From the NCBI RefSeq assembly GCF_006345805.1, contig NC_043001.1, positions 10,354,001 through 10,418,000 of the forward strand: 64,000 bases of DNA, given 5' to 3'. Below the pieces are notes generated by a model, which saw nothing but the letters and a program-made list of their open reading frames with translations, made no database searches and had not been told where the DNA came from. The DNA comes from Octopus sinensis (taxonomy: Eukaryota). Both the position numbers and the translations under genes were made by a program. Below, piece after piece: positions 58,160 through 64,000 of the stretch; positions within the stretch are counted from its first letter, which is position 1, and each line of letters starts with the position of its first letter.

Positions 58160-58435
58160 TAAATGAAAGAATGGAGTCGAACGAAGATGTTAACAAAATT
58201 CCTTTACTCTCGACATATGTTTCGAAGACAACATTTTTTCATTCCAAAGGAATAAAGGATGCATTATGCAATCTTCTCATCAGGAAAGAAAGGGAGCCTC
58301 TCTCGACAACAAGACAGACAAAAATATCGATGACTGCCTACATGCCTTTGGAATGAAAAAATGTTGTCTTCGAAACATATGACGAGAGTAAAGGAATTTT
58401 GTTAACATCTTCGTTCGACTCCATTCTTTCATTTA
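58160..58435. mobile_element. Family B: short fold-back element with 91-bp inverted arms carrying an HHR
   Basis: Arms 58160-58250 and 58345-58435 are reverse complements with one visible mismatch, around a 94-bp spacer. Confidence 0.7.
58207..58288 (-). ncRNA. Type-I hammerhead ribozyme motif (family B)
   Basis: The minus strand reads CTTTC-CTGATGA-GAAGAT...(long loop)...GTCTTC-GAAA-C-ATAT-GTC-GAGAG. Stem I is CTTTC/GAGAG (one G-U), stem II is GAAGAT/GTCTTC, stem III is the palindrome ACATATGT, and the triplet is GUC. Confidence 0.65.
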
Positions 58436-58450
58436 TATATATATATATAT

Positions 58451-58609
58451 GCAGAGGAGTGGCTGTGTGGTGAGAAGATTGCTTCCCAACCACATGGTTC
58501 CAGGTTCAGTCCCACTGCATGGTACCTTGTGCAAGTGTCTTCTACTATAACTTTGGGCCAACCAAAACCTTGTGAGTGGATTTGGTTGATGGAAAATGAA
58601 AGAAGCCTG

Positions 58610-58620
<11 letters not shown>
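58451..58620 (+). mobile_element. SINE F1 5' half, between families B and C
   Basis: gcagaggagtggctgtgtgg...gaagcctgtcatata. A matching F1 3' half lies at ~61030-61226, so family C appears to sit inside this SINE's TA tract. Confidence 0.7.
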
Positions 58621-58646
<26 letters not shown>

Positions 58647-58733
58647 TATTAGAGACAAAACCACTATTTTGCAAAACAAACAAGGAAAGACTTAATCAAT
58701 ACATAAAATTTTAATAAATAGTCAAAAAAACCG

Positions 58734-58776
58734 CCACTACAATTGTTTCTTGTCTTGATCGACAATCTTCAGGTGG
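58734..58776 (-). ncRNA. Minimal type-I hammerhead ribozyme motif (family C, left arm)
   Basis: Exact reverse complement of the 60773-60815 motif: ccactacaattgtttcttgtcttgatcgacaatcttcaggtgg. Confidence 0.75.
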
Positions 58777-60772
58777 ACTTCCAATCTAAAATATCAATAT
58801 TTTAAAATATAAAAATAATAATTTTAAAATAATTAAAGTATGAATGAAAAAATATAAATATATAATCCATATATAACCTATATATAATCCATATATAATC
58901 AATATATAAACAATATATAAACTAAAATAAACCTATCAACAATTAAATATAAAATATAAAATATAAAATATAAAATATAAAATATAAAACAAAACAAAAA
59001 AATAATAATAATATAATAATAAACTATATATACACCCATACACATATACCTAATTATATATAACCATATCTAACTACATACACTAAATCACACACCTATA
59101 TATATATCCCCATACATACACATAAAAACGTCTAGGCAACTATAAATAAATAAAATAGCTAAATACTTCAACACAATACTTATTCATACTCCCACACACA
59201 CACATACAACCCACATTCACGCTCTAGAAAACGGACATCACTTAAAATTATGAACGGAGAAATGGAATAATGGAATTAAAAATTATATTCACTTGGTAAA
59301 ACGAACACTACTTAAAAATTATGAATGAAACAATGCAATAAAACAACAGACATCGCAAATAGACACAAATTACTACGAATTCCTTAACAAACCTACCATG
59401 ATAAACCAAAACTCATAAAAACATATAATGATAAAATCTCCCTTTACTAAACTCTATAACATACCTATATAGCAATCCCCCTAACCTAAACATTCACACA
59501 CAAATACACACACGTAAACCACACACCCACGACATATACAAATACCCACACCACTTACACATACCTATACATACATATAAACCTCAACATATACTCCAAA
59601 AACCCACTCAACCCCACACAGACAAATAAACACAAAAATTATGAATGGATTCTTTTATAAAACTACCATAAGCTAAAAGTAATTTTGTTTGGTGTATATG
59701 TTGAGGCTTATATGTACTTGTGGGTGTGTGTGAGTGGGGTGGGTGTTTGTATTTGTTATGGGTGTGTGGTTTACGTGTGTGTATTTGTGTGTGAATGTAT
59801 AGGTTAAAGGGATTGCTATATAAGTATGTTATAGTGTTTAGTAAAGGGAGGTTTTATCATTTATGTTTTGTGAGTTTTAGCTTATCATGGTAGTTTTATA
59901 AAAGAATCCATTCATAATTTTTGTGTTTATTTGTCTGTGTGGGGTTGAGTGGGTTTTTGGAGTATATGTTGAGGTTTATATGTATGTATAGGTATGTGTA
60001 AGTGGTGTGGGTATTTGTATATGTCGTGGGTGTGTGGTTTACGTGTGTGTATTTGTGTGTGAATGTTTAGGTTAGGGGGATTGCTATGTAGGTATGTTAT
60101 AGAGTTTAGTAAAGGGAGATTTTATCATTATATGTTTTTATGAGTTTTGGTTTATCATGGTAGGTTTGTTGAGGAATTCGTAGTAATTTGTGTCTATTTG
60201 CGATGTCTGTTGTTTTATTGCATTGTTTCATTCATAATTTTTAAGTAGTGTTCGTTTTACCAAGTGAATATAATTTTTAATTCCATTTATTCCATTTCTC
60301 CGTTCATAATTTTAAGTGATGTCCGTTTTCTAGAGCGTGAATGTGGTTGTATGTGTGTGTGTGTGGGAGTATGAATAAGTATTGTGTTGAAGTATTTAGC
60401 TATTTTATTTATTTATAGTTGCCTAGACGTTTTTATGTGTATGTATGGGGATATATATATAGGTGTGTGATTTAGTGTATGTAGTTAGATATGGTTATAT
60501 ATAATTAGGTATATGTGTATGGGTGTATATATAGTTATTATTATATTATTATTATTTTTTGTTTTGTTTTATATTTTATATTTTATATTTTATATTTTAT
60601 ATTTAATTGTTGATAGGTTTATTTTAGTTTATATATTGTTTATATATTGATTATATATGGATTATATATAGGTTATATATGGATTATATATTTATATTTT
60701 TTCATTCATACTTTAATTATTTTAAAATTATTATTTTTATATTTTAAAATATTGATATTTTAGATTGGAAGT

Positions 60773-60815
60773 CCACCTGAAGATTGTCGATCAAGACAAG
60801 AAACAATTGTAGTGG
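60773..60815 (+). ncRNA. Minimal type-I hammerhead ribozyme motif (family C, right arm)
   Basis: CCAC-CTGAAGA-TTGTC(gatcaa)GACAA-GAAA-C-AATT-G-TA-GTGG. Stem I is CCAC/GTGG, stem II is TTGTC/GACAA, the core is CUGANGA...GAAA, stem III is the palindrome ACAATTGT, and the GUA triplet predicts cleavage after 60811. Confidence 0.75.
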
Positions 60816-60988
60816 CGCGGTTTTTTTGACTATTTATTAAAATTTTATGTATTGATTAAGTCTTTCCTTGTTTGTTTTGCAAAATAGTGGTTTTGTCTCT
60901 AATAATATTTTATAATATTTTACTATAAAATTGGATTTAATCCTAAATCTGATTTTTTCCCTGTAAATTTGGATTTATTCCCTAATAT

Positions 60989-61019
<31 letters not shown>

Positions 61020-61029
61020 TATGTATGGT

Positions 61030-61226
61030 GTCTGCATTTGTCCTCCCACCAATGCCTGACATCCGATGCTGGTGTGTTTACATCCCCATAACTTAGCAGT
61101 TCGGCAAAAGAGACTAGTAGAATAAGTACTAGACTTACAAAGAATAAGCCCTGGTGATGATTTGTTTGACTAAAGGTGGCGCTCCAGCATGGCTGCAGTC
61201 AAATGACTGAAACAAGTAAAAGAATA
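61030..61226 (+). mobile_element. SINE F1 3' half
   Basis: tttgtcctcc...gatgctggtgtgttta...caaatgactgaaacaagtaaaag. Confidence 0.7.
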
Positions 61227-61293
61227 TAACTCATAAACAATCCAAATACATCATGTAGCACGTCACTGACTGGCTTGACAGAGGTGTGTTGAG

Positions 61294-61640
61294 CATCATC
61301 ATCATCATCATCGTTTAACGTTTGCTTTCCGTGCTAGCATGGGTTGGACAATTTGACTGAGGACTGGCAAACCAGATGGCTGCACCAGGCTCCAATCTTG
61401 ATTTGGCAGGGTTTCTACATCTGGATGCCCTTCCTAACGCCAACCACTCAGAGAGTGTAGTGGGTGCTTTTACGTACCACCGGCACGAGGGCCAGTTAGG
61501 TGGTACTGGCAACGGTCATGGAAAATCATGTTTTTTTTTTACGTGTCACCTGCACACTGGCACAAGTGCCAGTAAGGCGACGCTGGTAATGATCACGCTT
61601 GAATGGTGCTTTTTAGGTGCCACCGGTACAAATGCCAATT
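61294..61640 (-). mobile_element. Repeat family F3
   Basis: Starts with (CAT)n on the plus strand. Confidence 0.7.
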
Positions 61641-61698
61641 AGCCGCCAGGAAAGCAATTTATTATCAGCACAGATGGCCTCACTGATGTTAAGATACC

Positions 61699-61930
61699 TA
61701 TTTCTTTATTACCCACAAGGGGCTAAACACAGAGGGTACAAACAAGGACAGACATAGGTATTAAGTCGATTACATCAACCCCAATGCGTAACTGGTACTT
61801 AATTTATCGACCCTGAAAGGATGAAAGGCAAAGTCAACCTCGGCGGAATTTAAACTCACAACGTAACACAGACGAAATACCGCTAAGCATTTCGCCCGGC
61901 GTGCTAACATTTCTGCCAGCTTGCCGCCTT
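61699..61930 (-). mobile_element. SINE F2 with 13-bp TSD
   Basis: ATGT(T/C)AAGATACC at 61686-61698 and 61931-61943. Confidence 0.85.
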
Positions 61931-62121
61931 ATGTCAAGATACCATACTGATGTCAAGATGCCATTGTTGGGTAATCCCCAATTCCAGTTGTTTACTTGTT
62001 ATTTAACGAATTGCAAAAACATTTTGGTATAGTAAGAATTAACACTGAACCAACAAACAAATGATTTTAAATGTTGCAACACTTGTTTCACTAAGAGTCT
62101 TTATTTCAATTCAATCCTAAT

Positions 62122-62505
62122 GGAATCACTCTGTTGGTTACGACGACGAGGGTTCCGGTTGATCCGAATCAACGGAACAGCCTGCTCGTGAAATTAACGT
62201 GTAAGTGGCTGAGCACTCCACAGACACGTGTACCCTTAACGTAGTTCTCGGGGATATTCAGCGTGACACAGAGAGTGACAAGGCCGGCCCTTTGAAATAC
62301 AGGTACAACAGAAACAAGAAGTAAGAGTGAGAGAAAGTTGAGGTGAAAGAGTACAGCAGGGATCACCACCATCCCCTGCCGGAGCCTCGTGCAGCTTTAG
62401 GTGTTTTCGCTCAATAAACACTCACAACGCCCGGTCTGGGAATCGAAACTGCGATCCTATGACCGTGAGTCCGCTGCCCTAACCACTGGGCCATTGCGCC
62501 TCCAC
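62122..62505 (-). mobile_element. SINE family F4 with 11-bp TSD
   Basis: Reverse-complement homologue of 9405-9785. TSD TCAATCCTAAT at 62111-62121 and 62506-62516. Confidence 0.8.
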
Positions 62506-63042
62506 TCAATCCTAATACAATTTTATGGGTTATGCAATGAATTATGTAATTCTCATGCTCATCATCTGTGTGTGTGCGTAGGTATATGCGTGTACGTATA
62601 AAGAGGAAATGAAATGAAGAGATAAATGGCTTTTAGGAGCCATTATGAATGTCTGCTCTAATAATGTCTAAAAATGTTAATGTGATTCTTGGTGCCTTTT
62701 GTTTGTTTTTCATTGATTGTAAATACACCTCTGTGGCTTTCTTTTACTTTAAGGTCTATAACTGGGAATTACAATTCCTTCCTTTCCTGTTCTATACTAT
62801 TCTTAATTGTCGGTTTCGTGACACACCCACTTTGTATGTTTCATAAATCAGTGTCTGTGATTCTAACTCCACTTGTCTGAGAATCAAAAAATTACTCAAC
62901 AAGTCGTTATTTCAGTTTTAAATGTTACCTGATGAACATGAGAATTGCATAATGTTTAATTAATCTCTGAAATTGTATTATGCATGCATTAAAATCAAGA
63001 TTTTTAGAGAAATAATTATTACATGTAAAATTCATTAGTTTG

Positions 63043-63076
<34 letters not shown>

Positions 63077-63597
63077 TCCACACACACACACAGGTTTTTA
63101 TAATCCTTACTTCACCATTTTTGGAATCAGTGTTTCATATGGTGTCCTCTATGGACCGAAAAGGTGAGTTAAGTTTTTAACCCTTGGTGATGGTGTAATG
63201 GGTCATTGATGAAGGTTAATCAAATTTGAAATCATCTGATCATATGACCCCATCTCACTTGCCATGGGGAGCTTATCTCCATTGTCAGTCAGTAGGAAAG
63301 TGATATCGCATGGCTAAGGGTTGTTTTGACTCTTATTTCTAGCAATGCTGGTGCTGTCTAGAACCCTTGGTCACTTTAGTGACGTCTATACATGTGCCCT
63401 TTGGTTGTAAACTGCGAGTAGCCACCTTAATGATTTATACACGCACGTGTGTGTACAGTAGGCTTCCTCATAATTTCTTTCTATCAAATTTCACTCTTAA
63501 GAGGTTTTGGTTGATCCTATGCTTGTACAAGAGAAGCATATCAAAATGGCAGGCAATGAACTCGTGGTTATGAAGTGGATTGATTGATTGCGCAACC

Positions 63598-63900
63598 ATC
63601 ATCATCGTCATCATTTAACGTCTGCTTTCCATGCTAGCATGGGTTGGACGATTTGACTGAGGACTGGCGAACCAGGATCCAATCTGATCTGGCAGAGTTT
63701 CTACAGCTGGCTGCCCTTCCTAACGTCAACCACTCTGAGAGTGTAGTGGGTGATTTTACGTGCCACCGGCATGAGGGCCAGTCTGGCGGTACTGGCAACG
63801 GCCTCGCTCGAAATGATGTTTTTTTACATGCCACCTGCACAGGAGTCAGTCCAGTGGCACTGGCGCAACGTCACTCAAATGTTTTGTTCACAACCATGCC
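63598..63900 (-). mobile_element. Repeat family F3
   Basis: Starts with (CAT)n on the plus strand. Confidence 0.7.
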
Positions 63901-63911
63901 TGTAAAAATAT

Positions 63912-64000
63912 ATATTTCTTTACTACCCACAAGGGGACAAACAAGGACAGACAAACGGATTAAGTCGATTATATCGACACCAGTGCATAACTGGTACTTA
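63912..64000 (-). mobile_element. SINE F2 tail, partial
   Basis: F2 tail in reverse orientation, cut by the window edge. Confidence 0.7.

Larger units (their letters stand above)
58637..60914. mobile_element. Family C: ~2.3-kb palindrome; Penelope-like non-autonomous element (59679-60914, +) preceded by a 5'-truncated inverted copy (58637-59678)
   Basis: Arms 58637-59678 and 59875-60914 are reverse complements. I found two substitutions and several small indels between them. There is an HHR near each outer end, a ~270-bp internal tandem unit and no ORF. The Penelope assignment is inferred from the HHR type and inverted architecture. Confidence 0.65.

Noticed and set aside
60088-60175. Both substitutions between palindrome arms are A-to-G on the right arm, suggesting retro-fixed ADAR edits
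   Set aside because: Two transitions are far too few to separate from ordinary mutation or sequencing error.
63131-63163. Possible 33-nt symmetric micro-exon (cag|...aag|gtgagt)
   Set aside because: The donor is strong but the polypyrimidine tract is poor, and the peptide (VFHMVSSMDRK) does not fit the missing half of the Ig domain.

Overview
AT-rich animal genomic DNA, almost entirely intronic or intergenic. The SINE families look like those of an octopus (coleoid cephalopod); this is inferred from recognition, not a database search. Only one host coding exon is well supported: a 132-nt phase 1-1 exon (46247-46378, +) encoding the N-terminal half of the first Ig domain of a nephrin/Kirre(Neph)-family adhesion protein. 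The rest is four SINE-like families (labelled F1-F4 here), decayed LINE fragments (Tx1/L1-like, R4/Dong-like, RTE-like), two mariner remnants, a piggyBac-like MITE, a Helitron-like element and many microsatellites. Almost all ORFs in the supplied track are artefacts of these repeats. The main find is three unrelated repeat families (A, B, C) carrying minimal type-I hammerhead ribozyme (HHR) motifs with palindromic stem III, as known from Penelope-like elements. In all three, a 5'-truncated inverted copy sits head-to-head with a longer copy. Family A is a tRNA-headed (Pol III A/B box) SINE whose 3' body carries the HHR, a candidate Penelope-mobilised ribozyme SINE. Family C forms a ~2.3-kb near-perfect palindrome (58637-60914) with an HHR near each outer end. 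No ribozyme activity can be shown from sequence alone.
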